Positions 46,224 through 56,346 of a stretch of DNA of 64,000 nt are shown here, one piece after another. This DNA comes from Candidatus Spongiisociaceae bacterium (GTDB taxonomy: Bacteria; Actinomycetota; Acidimicrobiia; Spongiisociales; Spongiisociaceae): positions 3,680,001 through 3,744,000 of the forward strand of contig OZ253564.1 of assembly GCA_965262915.1 (NCBI GenBank). The letters are read 5' to 3'. The translations under genes and the position numbers were made by a program. The notes below the pieces were generated by a model. The model was not told the origin of the DNA, searched no databases, and saw nothing but the letters and a program-made list of their open reading frames with translations. Each line of letters opens with the position of its first letter. Within the stretch, counting starts at the first letter, position 1.

Positions 46224-48088
46224 ATGCAAGCAATTCGGATCAGGAGTTTCTTGGGGCTGCTGCTCGCACTGGCTCTGGTAGCCGCGGCGTGCGGCGGCGA
46301 GGAGGACACGTCGGCGGAGGACGCCGCAACTGCAGCCGCAGTCCAAGCAGAAGTAGCTGCAGCCGCAGCACAGACAGAAGCAGCCACAGCACAGGCGGAG
46401 GCCGACGAAGCCGCGGCTGCCCTCGCCCAGGCTCAAGCCGATCTGGAAGCCGCGCAAGCGGCTGCGGACGAAGCCATGGAGGGCGACGAGGCCGCGCAAG
46501 CCGAGCTCGCCGCGGCCCTCGCCGATGCCGAGGCCGCCCTCGAGGAAGCCGAGATGACCGCTGAGGAGGCCATGAAGGCAGCCGAGGAGGCGGAGGCCGA
46601 GGCAGCTGCGGCGACCACTACGACGGCACCGGCTATGGAAGAACCGGAACTCATAGAGGTCGTGGTCTCGGAGGACAGCGACATCTACAACTTCGATCCG
46701 AAGAACTCGGCGGGTGGTGAGTTCGACGCCCCGGTCTTCAGCACGATCTACGAGACCCTGGCCTGGACCAGCCCCTCGGGCGATGTCCTGCCCCGGCTGG
46801 CGACGGAATGACCATCTCCGAGGACAAGATGACCTACACGTTCAAGCTGCGGGAGGGCGTCAAGTTCCACAACGGGGCTGATTTCACGGCCGCCGATGTC
46901 GTCTACAGCGTCAACCGGGCGGTCAGCCAAGGCATCCCGATGGTGCAGCAGCGGGCCCAGAACCTGGACAGCGTTACCGCAGTCGACGACTACACGGTCC
47001 TATACCAGCTGAAGCAGCCGTCCACCGCGTTCCTCCTCAACATCGCGGACCCGACGGGACTGGGCTTCTCGTCGATCCTCACGTCCACGGCGCCCGCCCA
47101 TGGGACAACGCCGGTGGGGACCGGTCCTTACACGTTCGTGTCCTACGTGCCGGGCTCGGAGTTGGTGCTGGACGTCAACCGTGACTACTGGGACCCGTCG
47201 GTATTGCCGGCGTATGACCGCCTCCGGGTGAGGATCATCAAGGAGGACGCCACGATGGTGGCCGCGCTCAGGTCGGGGGAAGTGTCGCTGATCCATCCCA
47301 CAGCCACCGCCACTGCCAGGACGCTTCGGGACAACGCCGACTTCACGATCGTCGACACGGCGTCCCGCACCTTCTGGATCCACGCCAGCCGGGTGGGGGC
47401 GACGCGTGACGAAGCGGTGGTCAAGGCGCTCTGGTTGTCGATGGATCGTCAGGCCTTGGCCGACATCGCCTTCCTGGGCGAGGCCTTCCCGTGGTCGACC
47501 GCCCATCCAGTGGTCGAATATGCCCTGGGACCTGACGATCTTCCCAACTACCAGCGGGACGTCGAGGAGGCCAAGCGGGTGCTGGCGGAGGCCGGCTACA
47601 CGGACGGAGTCGACCTCGTGTTCACCTACCCGACCCGTGTCCCCTACGAGGACGTGTTCTTCGAGGTCCTCCAGGCCTCCTGGGCGGAAGCCGGGATCAA
47701 CGTGACCCTCAATCCGGTGGAGCAGGCGGTCTGGATACCGAAGTTGATCAACGCCGACTACGACTTGTCGGCCACGGATCAGGGTTGGTACTCGAACCCC
47801 TATAGGTACGTCCTACCGAGGACCGGCTGGCAGGCTCCACCTGAGGAGATCCTTCCCGAGCTGATCCCCGAACTGGACGCGCTGGCGGCGGCGTCGCAGG
47901 ACGAGCGCCCGGAGATATTCCAGCGGATCCAGACACTCGAGGCCGAGAACGTTTACCCCTACACGGGGACGGTCTACGCGAACGCGTCACACGTCTATCG
48001 CAACGACCTGCTCTCCAACGCCGATCTAGGCACCTACATCACCGGGGACAAGCGGGTCCTGTACCTCTCCCTGGTCCCGGCGGGATAG
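46224..48088 (+). pseudogene. Family-5 ABC SBP lipoprotein split by a 1-nt frameshift at ~46810 (or sequencing error)
   Basis: ORF1 ends 'PRLATE*' and ORF2 begins 'TISED..TYTF.LREGVKFHNG'; one extra G (TG to TGG) restores the canonical 'LATEWTISED'. Confidence 0.8.
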
Positions 48089-48095
48089 CTCGAGA

Positions 48096-48136
48096 TCGGG
48101 GGCCGGGTGGGCGTCCACCGCCCACCCGGCCCCCGA
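48096..48136 (+). terminator. Strong GC hairpin after SBP gene
   Basis: TCGGGGGCCGGGTGGGCG-tccac-CGCCCACCCGGCCCCCGA, perfect 18-bp stem. Confidence 0.65.
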
Positions 48137-48148
48137 CCATTACTCTCG

Positions 48149-49201
48149 ATGGAGGTCACGGCGGATCCGGACTCAAGACCTGACGGGCCGGTCCTGGCTG
48201 TCCGGGACCTCGTTACCGTCTACCCAACCAGGCTCGGCATCGTTCCGGCCGTCGATGGGGTCGGTTTCGAGTTGCAACCCGGCGAGGTGCTGGGCATCGT
48301 CGGCGACTCCGGCAGCGGGAAAACCACCCTCGCCCGTTCCCTGCTGGGTCTGGTGGCCGCCCCGGGCCGGATCGTGAGCGGGGAGATCCTGCTGCACGGC
48401 CGGAACCTGCTGGCGTTCACCCGCGAGGAGATGAGACGGGTACGCGGCACCGAGATCTCGATGATCTTCCAGAACCCGATCCGCTCCTTCCATCCGGGTT
48501 TCACGATCGGACGGCAGCTGATCGAAGCCGTTACCAGGCATCAGAGGGTCTCCCGTCGCGCGGCTCGGGAGAAGGCTGTCGAAGCGCTCACCTGGGTGGG
48601 GATGCCGGAACCGGCGATCCGGATGAAGGACCATCCCCACCAGTTCTCCGGGGGCATGCTGCAGCGGGTCATGATCGCCATGAGCCTGCTCAACGAGCCC
48701 GCGGTGCTGGTCGCCGACGAGCCGACCACCGCTCTCGATGTCACCATCCAGGCCCAGATACTCGAGCTCATCGAGCGGCTGGCGGTGGACCGTGGCTTGG
48801 GGGTCATCCTGGTGACGCACAATCTCGGCATGGTGGCCAGCATCTGCGACCGGGTCATGGTCATGTACGCGGGCCAGATCGTCGAGGAAGCCCCGGTCGA
48901 CGCCGTGTTCGCCCATCCCGCCCATCCCTATACCGTCGGCCTGCTCGACTCCCAGCCCGACCGGGCGACCGGCACCAGGCTGGAGACGATGGCCGGCGGA
49001 TCACCGAAGATGACCGCGCTCCCGCCCGGGTGCAGGTTCGAGCCACGCTGTGCCTATGCCGAGCCCGGATGCTCGCAACCGCCGGATCTATGGGCATTGT
49101 CCGGTGGCCAGACCGCCAGGTGCTGGGTCAGCAAGCGCCACGGCAAGCTGCCGGACCTTCCGGATCCCGCACCGACCGCCGCCGGACTCGGATCCGGGTA
49201 G
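48149..49201 (+). CDS. ABC ATPase (OppD-like)
   Basis: GDSGSGKT, FSGGMLQR, DEPTT. Confidence 0.9.
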   Translation: MEVTADPDSRPDGPVLAVRDLVTVYPTRLGIVPAVDGVGFELQPGEVLGIVGDSGSGKTTLARSLLGLVAAPGRIVSGEILLHGRNLLAFTREEMRRVRGTEISMIFQNPIRSFHPGFTIGRQLIEAVTRHQRVSRRAAREKAVEALTWVGMPEPAIRMKDHPHQFSGGMLQRVMIAMSLLNEPAVLVADEPTTALDVTIQAQILELIERLAVDRGLGVILVTHNLGMVASICDRVMVMYAGQIVEEAPVDAVFAHPAHPYTVGLLDSQPDRATGTRLETMAGGSPKMTALPPGCRFEPRCAYAEPGCSQPPDLWALSGGQTARCWVSKRHGKLPDLPDPAPTAAGLGSG

Positions 49202-49209
49202 GCCAGGGA

Positions 49210-50223
49210 ATGGCCCTCCTCCGCCTCGAAGGCGTCTCGGTTCACTTCCGGCTCCGCAAGCGGGGTCAGGGAGGCGGCATCGTGCGGGCCGTGGACGACG
49301 TGAACCTGACGATCAACGAAGGTGAGGTGCTGGGCATCGTCGGCGAGTCGGGATGCGGCAAGACCACCCTGGGACGGGTCATCGTCGGGTTGCAGCAACC
49401 GACCGCCGGCGACGTGATTGTCCGGGGCGAGAAACGGTCCCTCCGCCAGCGGCCGGGGGCCAACGCACGCCGCGACGGCTTCCAGATGGTGTACCAGGAC
49501 GCGGCGGGATCTCTCAACCCGTGGAAACGGATCGGTTGGAGCATCGCCGAGCCACTGCGCAACGAGGGGATGGGCAAGCCGGAGATGCGCGAACGGGTGC
49601 TCGAGCTACTGGACCAGGTCGGACTCTCCGACTCGCTGATCGATCAGTACCCGGGCGAACTCTCGGGAGGTCAGCAGCAACGGGCGGCCATCGCACGGGC
49701 TCTGGCCGGCCGGCCCCGGCTGATCGTGCTCGACGAGGCGGTCAGTTCCCTCGACATGTCCACCCAGGCCCAGGTCCTCAACCTACTCAAGGACCTGGCG
49801 GAACATCATTCCGTCAACTACGTGTTCATCTCCCACGATATCGCGGCGGTCGATTTCATGAGCGACCGCGTGGCGGTCATGTACCTGGGGAGGATCGTCG
49901 AGTTGGAGGATGCCCACGACAAGAACAGGCCTCTGGTGCACCCCTATTCCATCACCCTCAGATCGGCGGTGCCGGTACCCGATCCGGTCGTGGAGCGCCG
50001 CCGTAACCGCATAGTCCTGACCGGACCGGTGGCCAGCGCCACCGATCTGCCCTCGGGGTGCCGATTCCACACCCGCTGTCCGATCGCTCAACCTATATGT
50101 TCCGACTCCGAACCGGAACTGGCCAGGGCGTCGGTGACCAGCCGGGTCGCCTGCCACTTCGCGGGAGAGTTCGACGCCCGCCATGCCGAGGCCGTAGCGC
50201 AGACCGCAGAGAAATCTACGTGA
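49210..50223 (+). CDS. ABC ATPase (OppF-like)
   Basis: GESGCGKT, LSGGQQQR, 'PSGCRFHTRCP'. Confidence 0.9.
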   Translation: MALLRLEGVSVHFRLRKRGQGGGIVRAVDDVNLTINEGEVLGIVGESGCGKTTLGRVIVGLQQPTAGDVIVRGEKRSLRQRPGANARRDGFQMVYQDAAGSLNPWKRIGWSIAEPLRNEGMGKPEMRERVLELLDQVGLSDSLIDQYPGELSGGQQQRAAIARALAGRPRLIVLDEAVSSLDMSTQAQVLNLLKDLAEHHSVNYVFISHDIAAVDFMSDRVAVMYLGRIVELEDAHDKNRPLVHPYSITLRSAVPVPDPVVERRRNRIVLTGPVASATDLPSGCRFHTRCPIAQPICSDSEPELARASVTSRVACHFAGEFDARHAEAVAQTAEKST

Positions 50224-51170
50224 TCCTCTTCACCGCCCGCAGGCTGGCCGAGGCGATCGCCGTCCTGTTCGTGCTCACGTTCCTGATCTACGTCATCGGC
50301 ACCATCGTGCCCGGCGACATCGCCCAGCAGATGGCCGGTATCGAAGGCGCCACTCCGGAGAGGATGGCGGAGATGCGGGCACGGCTGGGCCTGGACCGCC
50401 CGCTGCTCGTCAGGTACGGGGAATGGCTGGGCAATGCGGTGCGAGGCGACTTCGGCCATTCGTTGTTCACGGGACGCGACATCGCTGCGGATGTCCGGGC
50501 CCAGTTCCCGGTGTCGCTGGAGGTGGCCATCGTCAGCGTCGTCCTCGCCGTGGTCATCGGCATTCCGCTCGGTGTGTACGCAGCAGTGCACACCGGAACG
50601 GTCATGGATCGGATCCTTCGAGGGATCTCGCTCCTATTCTTCTCGGTCCCGACCTTCGTATCGGGGGTCCTGTTCGTATGGCTGGGATCGATCATCCTCA
50701 AGTCCTTCTACACGTCGTTCTACGTGCCGTTTAGCGAAGATCCCATCGCCAACCTGCGATCGATAGCGTTGCCCTGCCTGGCAATCGCCCTCCCCTCGTC
50801 AGCTTCCATCATCCAGATGACCCGCACGACCATGATCGCCAGCCTCCAGGAACCGTTCATCGACACGGCCCGTGTCAAGGGCGCCCGGGAGAGCAGGGTC
50901 CGCTACATACACGCGCTGCGCGCCTCGCTCGGACCGGTCGTAACGCTCATAGGCCTCATCTTCGGCGCTCTGGTCGGTGGCCTGATCATCGTGGAGCAGA
51001 TCTTCAATCTGCCCGGCCTCGGACGCGGGGTGTTGCTGGCGATCGCGGAGCGGGACTTCCCATACGTGATCACCGCCACGCTGGTCATCGCCAGCGTCTA
51101 TATCGTCGTGAACTTCATCGTCGACCTCCTGTATCCGATCCTCGACCCGAGACAGCGGGAGCAGACATGA
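50220..51170 (+). CDS. ABC permease (OppB-like)
   Basis: 'LGLDRP...RY..WL', 'TARVKG', 'VEQIFNLPGLG'. Confidence 0.9.
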   Translation: MILFTARRLAEAIAVLFVLTFLIYVIGTIVPGDIAQQMAGIEGATPERMAEMRARLGLDRPLLVRYGEWLGNAVRGDFGHSLFTGRDIAADVRAQFPVSLEVAIVSVVLAVVIGIPLGVYAAVHTGTVMDRILRGISLLFFSVPTFVSGVLFVWLGSIILKSFYTSFYVPFSEDPIANLRSIALPCLAIALPSSASIIQMTRTTMIASLQEPFIDTARVKGARESRVRYIHALRASLGPVVTLIGLIFGALVGGLIIVEQIFNLPGLGRGVLLAIAERDFPYVITATLVIASVYIVVNFIVDLLYPILDPRQREQT

Positions 51171-52081
51171 CCGCGACCGGAACCGAACGCGTCGGTGGTG
51201 AGGAGCGGGGAGCCGCCGCGATGCGCAACGCCCGCCTCCGGCACCAACTCCGTGCCGTTGCCCGACACCCTTCCGGAAGGTTCGGTCTGCTGCTCATCGC
51301 CCCCGTACTCATCCTGGCCGTAGTGGGACCCTTCGTGATCCCGTGGGATCCGATCCAGATCAACCCGTCCGACTCTCTACTGGGACCATCGACCCGGCAC
51401 TGGTTCGGGACGGACCAGCTCGGACGCGATCTCGCCGCCCGGGTCGTGAGCGCCATACCGGTGGTTATCTGGGTACCGCTCGGCGCGGTGCTGTTGGCGG
51501 TCACCGGCGGTAGCGCCATCGGGATACTGGCCGGATACCGCCGAGGGTGGCTGGAGCGGGTACTCATGGCGGGAACCGATGTCCTGCTGGCCATGCCGGG
51601 CCTGCTCACGGCCATCCTGATCGTCGGCATCTTCGGTGGAGGATCACGAAACATGATCCTGGCCATCGGCGTCATCTACCTGCCCCGCTTCACCCGGATC
51701 GCCCGCGGATCCACCCTCGAGGTGCGGGGCCTCCCCTATGTCGACGCAGCCCGACTGTCGGGAACCAAGCCGTTGGCCCTCGTGATGCGACACATCCTGC
51801 CCGGGATCAGTTCCCCCCTCTTCGTGATGTGCGTCCTCAGCCTATCCACCGGCCTACTAGTCCAGACAGCCCTGAGCTTCCTGGGATTCGGATTCGAGCC
51901 TCCCACCGCCGACCTCGGGAGGATGCTCGCCAACTCGGTCGACTTCCTGACCCTCGCACCGTGGATGGCCATCTCTCCGGCCGTGGTGATCACCCTGCTG
52001 ATCCTGGCCTTCAACAACCTGGGTGACGCCGTCCGCGACGTGATAGATCCGGAAGTCGCCCGCGCGGCCGGAACGGTGTGA
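51167..52081 (+). CDS. ABC permease (OppC-like)
   Basis: 'HWFGTDQLGRD', 'YVDAAR', 'LSFLGFG', 'FN.LGDAVRD'. Confidence 0.9.
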   Translation: MTATGTERVGGEERGAAAMRNARLRHQLRAVARHPSGRFGLLLIAPVLILAVVGPFVIPWDPIQINPSDSLLGPSTRHWFGTDQLGRDLAARVVSAIPVVIWVPLGAVLLAVTGGSAIGILAGYRRGWLERVLMAGTDVLLAMPGLLTAILIVGIFGGGSRNMILAIGVIYLPRFTRIARGSTLEVRGLPYVDAARLSGTKPLALVMRHILPGISSPLFVMCVLSLSTGLLVQTALSFLGFGFEPPTADLGRMLANSVDFLTLAPWMAISPAVVITLLILAFNNLGDAVRDVIDPEVARAAGTV

Positions 52082-52238
52082 AGTGCCGAACACCTTCTGA
52101 CAAGAGGTTCCTCGGATAGGCGGAGGCCGATCATCCCTGTCAGCAGGCCTATCCGGCCGCTCATCGAGAAACACCTGATCAACGCGGTCACCTGATGAAC
52201 GGTCGCACACTCTGTTTCCCCGGGTAGTCCGTGCCACC

Positions 52239-52421
52239 ATGGACAACGCCGAGGAGCTCGCCGCCTCGGTGTCGGGACTGCACCCGCTCGGGCGCCGGGG
52301 CAAGCCCGCCGACATCGCCGCGGCGGTCGCCTTCCTGGCCGGGGAGGACGCCTCGTTCGTCACCGGCCACACCCTGGTCGTGGACGGCGGCCTCACGTCG
52401 CAACTGCGAACGCCTACATAG
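52239..52421 (+). pseudogene. C-terminal remnant of an SDR gene
   Basis: '[37 protein letters not shown]' with no N-terminal Rossmann part upstream. Confidence 0.8.
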
Positions 52422-52586
52422 GAGATCGGGGAACGTCGCCGGCGGCCATCGACGGATCCGGTGACTGCCTTGCCCCACGGTCGACCATGCCGGCTTGACA
52501 CGACATACATCGTTCCCAAAAAGGTCCGCTTTGCGATTGGCGGGTTCTATTCGCTATATATATACAGGCTGAAGGCTGGCGTACCG

Positions 52587-52622
52587 ATGTGCGCCACTTC
52601 AGAAATGTGCGCCACTTCAGAA
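52587..52622. repeat. 18-bp tandem duplication in the SBP leader
   Basis: ATGTGCGCCACTTCAGAA x2. Confidence 0.85.
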
Positions 52623-52669
52623 TCGTGTGCGCCCAGCAACGACAAGCAAACGAGCGGGAGGAAGACCGC

Positions 52670-54493
52670 ATGAAGAAGTTTACAGGCGTCATCGTCTTGA
52701 TGGTCGCCCTGGCGATGATGGCTACGGCCTGCGGCGATGGTGATGCGGCAGCAGATGCGGAAGACGCCGCTGCTGCGGCCCAGGCTCTTGCAGCCCAGGC
52801 TTCCGCTGAGGCTGAGACCCACGCTGCCGAGGCCGCCGAGGCCCAGGCTGCCGCGAACGAAGCTGCCGCGGACGCCGAGGCGGCCCAGGCTGCTCTGGAA
52901 GCGGCCCAGGCTGACCTAGAAGCCACCAAGGCTGCTGCGGCGGCCGGTGACGAGAAGGCCCAGGCGGCCTTGGATGCGGCTCAGATGAAGGCCGACGAAG
53001 CTGCGGCGATGGCCGACGAAGCCGAGATGAAGGCCGACGAAGCCGAGATGAAGGCCGACGAAGCCGAGATGAAGGCCGACGAAGCCGAGATGGCGTTGGC
53101 GGAGTCCATGATGGTGGAGGCGCCCGAGATCCGGACCGCCGAGGTCGCCATGGGTATCTATCCCTGCTGCGCCGACCTCGCCTACTGGCAGATTCCCATC
53201 GAGTTGGGTTGGTGGGACGAGCTGAATATCACCATCACCCCCAACCAGCCTACGTATCACTACTTCACCGCATCCCAGGAAATCGTTCCGTGGTTGCAGC
53301 GTGGTGATGGCGATGTGGCCCAAGCCTGGGTTCCGGGATCGTTCGGAACGCTGGAGACCTTCGGGCAGGATATTCCGCCGATTCACTTCGCGGACATCTA
53401 TGTCGGCTATGCCATCCTCGTGGCTCCCCACAGCGATGCGAAGACCGCCGTGGAGTTCATGGAGGAAGGTATGAGCTTCCCCGATGCGGCTAAGGCGGCA
53501 GTCGAGCAGTTGGTTGGCGCGGAGGTTCACATTCCGCCTCACAGCACCACCCAGTCCCAATACTCGGATGCGTTCTTCGCCTACCTCGATGAGTGGTGGC
53601 AAGACGTGGAAGAGGACATTCCGGCTCTGGACGGCGAAGGCAACCAGTTGGTTCTTCTGAACCGCGACGGGACGCCGGCTCTGGACGACGACGGCAACAC
53701 TCAGCCCATCCGGATCACCACCAACGACTGGCGCAACTACGCCAACCCGGTATACGTAGACGACCCGACCATCGTCCAGCTTTCGGCTGTCGAGGGCCGG
53801 ATCGACTTCGCCATGCCCTATGGCGCCCCGACCCTGGTGCAGATGATGCGCAACGGCTGGGATCCGCTGATCAACTTCGCGATGATGTACGAGCACGACG
53901 CGGTCTCCCAGCAGACGGCGATCGCCTCGGCCACTGTCGGCGGAACCGGACTCTTGGCCCGCCGCGAGTGGGTGGAGGAGAACAAGGATCTGGCTTACCG
54001 GGTCATCTCCGTGGCCAACCGGATCTTCGCCTACCTGGAGGATCCCGACACCCAGCTCGACGCCTGGACGATCGAGGCCAACCTCATCAACGAGAAGCGC
54101 CAGTTGTCCATGGAGCCCGAGGACATCGGCATCATCTGGGACACTATCGACCCGTCCTTCAACTGGGAGGACCAGGAAGCGCTGTGGGACTTGACCATAC
54201 CCAGCTACCACCCGGAGACAGTGTTCAGGACCCAGATCGAGGCGCTGAAGGCCAGGGGCGTCCTGTCTGAGACCTACGACACGCAGGCAGGCTTGGAAGA
54301 GTTCTTGCTGGCCCAGGACCTCTACTACGACCTGAGGGGCATGCAGGAGCGTTCCGACGACCTGTTCGGCAGGGCAATGGAAATGCAGCTCTCCGAGAGC
54401 CAGCAGGCCTTGGTGGATCAGGCGCATGTCTACTACGACCGATACAACTTCTACGATGCTCTCCGCTACCTCGAGGCAGCCCTGATCGGGTAA
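52670..54493 (+). CDS. Substrate-binding lipoprotein of a TauA/SsuA/ThiY-type ABC importer (divergent), with Ala/Glu stalk
   Basis: Lipobox ATACG; lies upstream of Tau/Ssu-type permeases and ATPase. Family call rests mainly on context. Confidence 0.7.
   Translation: MKKFTGVIVLMVALAMMATACGDGDAAADAEDAAAAAQALAAQASAEAETHAAEAAEAQAAANEAAADAEAAQAALEAAQADLEATKAAAAAGDEKAQAALDAAQMKADEAAAMADEAEMKADEAEMKADEAEMKADEAEMALAESMMVEAPEIRTAEVAMGIYPCCADLAYWQIPIELGWWDELNITITPNQPTYHYFTASQEIVPWLQRGDGDVAQAWVPGSFGTLETFGQDIPPIHFADIYVGYAILVAPHSDAKTAVEFMEEGMSFPDAAKAAVEQLVGAEVHIPPHSTTQSQYSDAFFAYLDEWWQDVEEDIPALDGEGNQLVLLNRDGTPALDDDGNTQPIRITTNDWRNYANPVYVDDPTIVQLSAVEGRIDFAMPYGAPTLVQMMRNGWDPLINFAMMYEHDAVSQQTAIASATVGGTGLLARREWVEENKDLAYRVISVANRIFAYLEDPDTQLDAWTIEANLINEKRQLSMEPEDIGIIWDTIDPSFNWEDQEALWDLTIPSYHPETVFRTQIEALKARGVLSETYDTQAGLEEFLLAQDLYYDLRGMQERSDDLFGRAMEMQLSESQQALVDQAHVYYDRYNFYDALRYLEAALIG
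53011..53092 (+). repeat. 21-bp intragenic tandem repeat (~4 copies, ADEAEMK heptad)
   Basis: GGCCGACGAAGCCGAGATGAA repeated. Confidence 0.9.
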
Positions 54494-54537
54494 TCTCCGA
54501 GGCGCGACCGTCTGAGTAGAAACAAAACAACCAGTCG

Positions 54538-54575
54538 AACGCGGGGTCGGACAAGCGACCGTCCGGCCCCGCGTT
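54538..54575 (+). terminator. Hairpin after SBP gene
   Basis: AACGCGGGGTCGGAC-loop-GTCCGGCCCCGCGTT. Confidence 0.6.
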
Positions 54576-54625
54576 TGGCCTGTAAGGAAACAAGAGACAG
54601 CTAGAAGCCAAGGAACCGATATTCA

Positions 54626-55552
54626 GTGACGATGACCAGCACGGACGTTCTTGACGTGAGGTCTGCGGCAAGGCGCGCCAAAAGGCGCCGACAGATCGCT
54701 TATTTCCTCTACTTGAACCTGGGAATCGTCCTGTTTCTAGGAGTTTGGTGGGCACTCTCCGTAAGGTTCCCCCTGAACTTTCCTTCGCCCTTGAACGCAG
54801 TCCGCCACTTCGCGGACAACTTTATGTCCAGTGAGTGGACCAGGAGGTGGTTCGCCCACGGCAACGCTTGTCCCGGTCTGGCGGAGTCTGGCGAGCCGAT
54901 CCCGTCCTACTGCTCCGGATACGTCCTTCATCTCCTGGTGACGACCCGCAACATTCTCATCGGCGCCACTCTGGGGACGATTCTCGGACTGTCGGCGGGG
55001 CTGGGCAGCCTGGTATTCCCGAAGATCGCCGAGGTGTTCACCCCGGTCGCCTCATTCTTCGGGACGGCCCCGATCTTCATCGCTGCCCCGTTCTTCGTGA
55101 TCTGGTTCGGGGTCAACGTACCCCTCCTGACCACGGTCGGGTTGATCACCTTCTACACCACCCTTCTCATGTACTTCTTCAGCCGCCGGGCGGCGGAGAA
55201 CATCTCGGTGGGAATCGTCGAGTCAGCCCTCACGCTTGGTGGAACCCCCCGCTCCATCTTCCGTTGGGTGTATTTGCGGGGAACCGTGCCGGAGATCGCC
55301 GGAGGCTTCCGGATTGCCTTGGCCGGTGCTTGGGGCCTCGGTGTGTTGGTGGAAGTCTTGGGTATCCAAAGGGGGGGAGGCTTCCTGATCGCAATGTGGA
55401 GGTTCGGCGTTGGCCTCGTAGAGTGGCCGGCCGCGGTCGTCGCTCTAATCACATTCTTTGCGGTGCTGGCCGTGATTGTCGACGGAATTCTGGTAGTGGT
55501 AATCCGCTTCATGACTAGATGGTCCGAGGCTGGCCGCCGGCTAGAGCTGTGA
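54626..55552 (+). CDS. ABC permease (TauC/SsuC-like)
   Basis: 'FPSP', 'P.FVIWFG', 'VESALTLGG', 'GFRIALAGAW'. Confidence 0.85.
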   Translation: MTMTSTDVLDVRSAARRAKRRRQIAYFLYLNLGIVLFLGVWWALSVRFPLNFPSPLNAVRHFADNFMSSEWTRRWFAHGNACPGLAESGEPIPSYCSGYVLHLLVTTRNILIGATLGTILGLSAGLGSLVFPKIAEVFTPVASFFGTAPIFIAAPFFVIWFGVNVPLLTTVGLITFYTTLLMYFFSRRAAENISVGIVESALTLGGTPRSIFRWVYLRGTVPEIAGGFRIALAGAWGLGVLVEVLGIQRGGGFLIAMWRFGVGLVEWPAAVVALITFFAVLAVIVDGILVVVIRFMTRWSEAGRRLEL

Positions 55553-55569
55553 GCAAGGAGGAAACAGCT

Positions 55570-56346
55570 ATGTCAAGAGTCGTCAGCTTCGAGGGTTTGT
55601 GGTGCGTGTTCGAGCACCGGTCCGGCCAACTGGTTCATGCCCTCCAAGATGTAACTTTCGGTGTCGAGAGCGGCGAGTTCGTTTGCGTGGTGGGTCGTTC
55701 AGGACACGGGAAGACCACACTCCTTCGGGTGCTCGCCGGGCTGCAGCCTCCAACGGCCGGCCATGCGAAACTGGGAGACGAAATGGTGACCGGTCCGGGC
55801 GCTGACCGGGCCATGGTCTTCCAGCAGGATACGGTGTTCCCCTGGTTGCACGTCCGGGAGAACGTCGAGTTCGGTCTCCGGGCCATGAACGCGCCGGCCG
55901 ACCAGCGCAACGAGGTTACCGATCACTGGCTGGAGGCGGTTGGGTTGACCGAATTTGCCGACTCCTGGCCCCGGGAACTCTCGGGAGGTATGCGCAAGCG
56001 CGTGGCGTTGGCGTCAGCCATGGCGGTAGGTTCCGATGTGATCCTCATGGACGAGCCCTTCGGATCGCTCGACTACTTCACGCGCCGTAACCTCCACGAT
56101 GTTCTCCTCGATCTGTGGGAAGAGACCAGAAAGACCATCTTCTTCGTCACCCACGATATCGAGGAAGCTCTGATCCTGGCCGATCGGGTGATCCTGCTAG
56201 CAGAAGGAAAGCTGGTGGATGACATTCCGGTCACGCTGCCCCGGCCCCGTGATGAAGACGTGCGTGCCAGTGATGAAGCGGTGAACATCACCAAGGTGAT
56301 CCTGGAGCACCTTGGCATCACCGAAGAGGAAGCGACGCGGGTTTGA
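55570..56346 (+). CDS. ABC ATPase (TauB/SsuB-like)
   Basis: GRSGHGKT, 'VFQQDTVFPWL', LSGGMRKR, MDEPF, VTHDIEEA. Confidence 0.9.
   Translation: MSRVVSFEGLWCVFEHRSGQLVHALQDVTFGVESGEFVCVVGRSGHGKTTLLRVLAGLQPPTAGHAKLGDEMVTGPGADRAMVFQQDTVFPWLHVRENVEFGLRAMNAPADQRNEVTDHWLEAVGLTEFADSWPRELSGGMRKRVALASAMAVGSDVILMDEPFGSLDYFTRRNLHDVLLDLWEETRKTIFFVTHDIEEALILADRVILLAEGKLVDDIPVTLPRPRDEDVRASDEAVNITKVILEHLGITEEEATRV

Noticed and set aside
53011-53092. CRISPR-like repeat
   Set aside because: Spacerless in-frame 21-bp coding tandem repeat.
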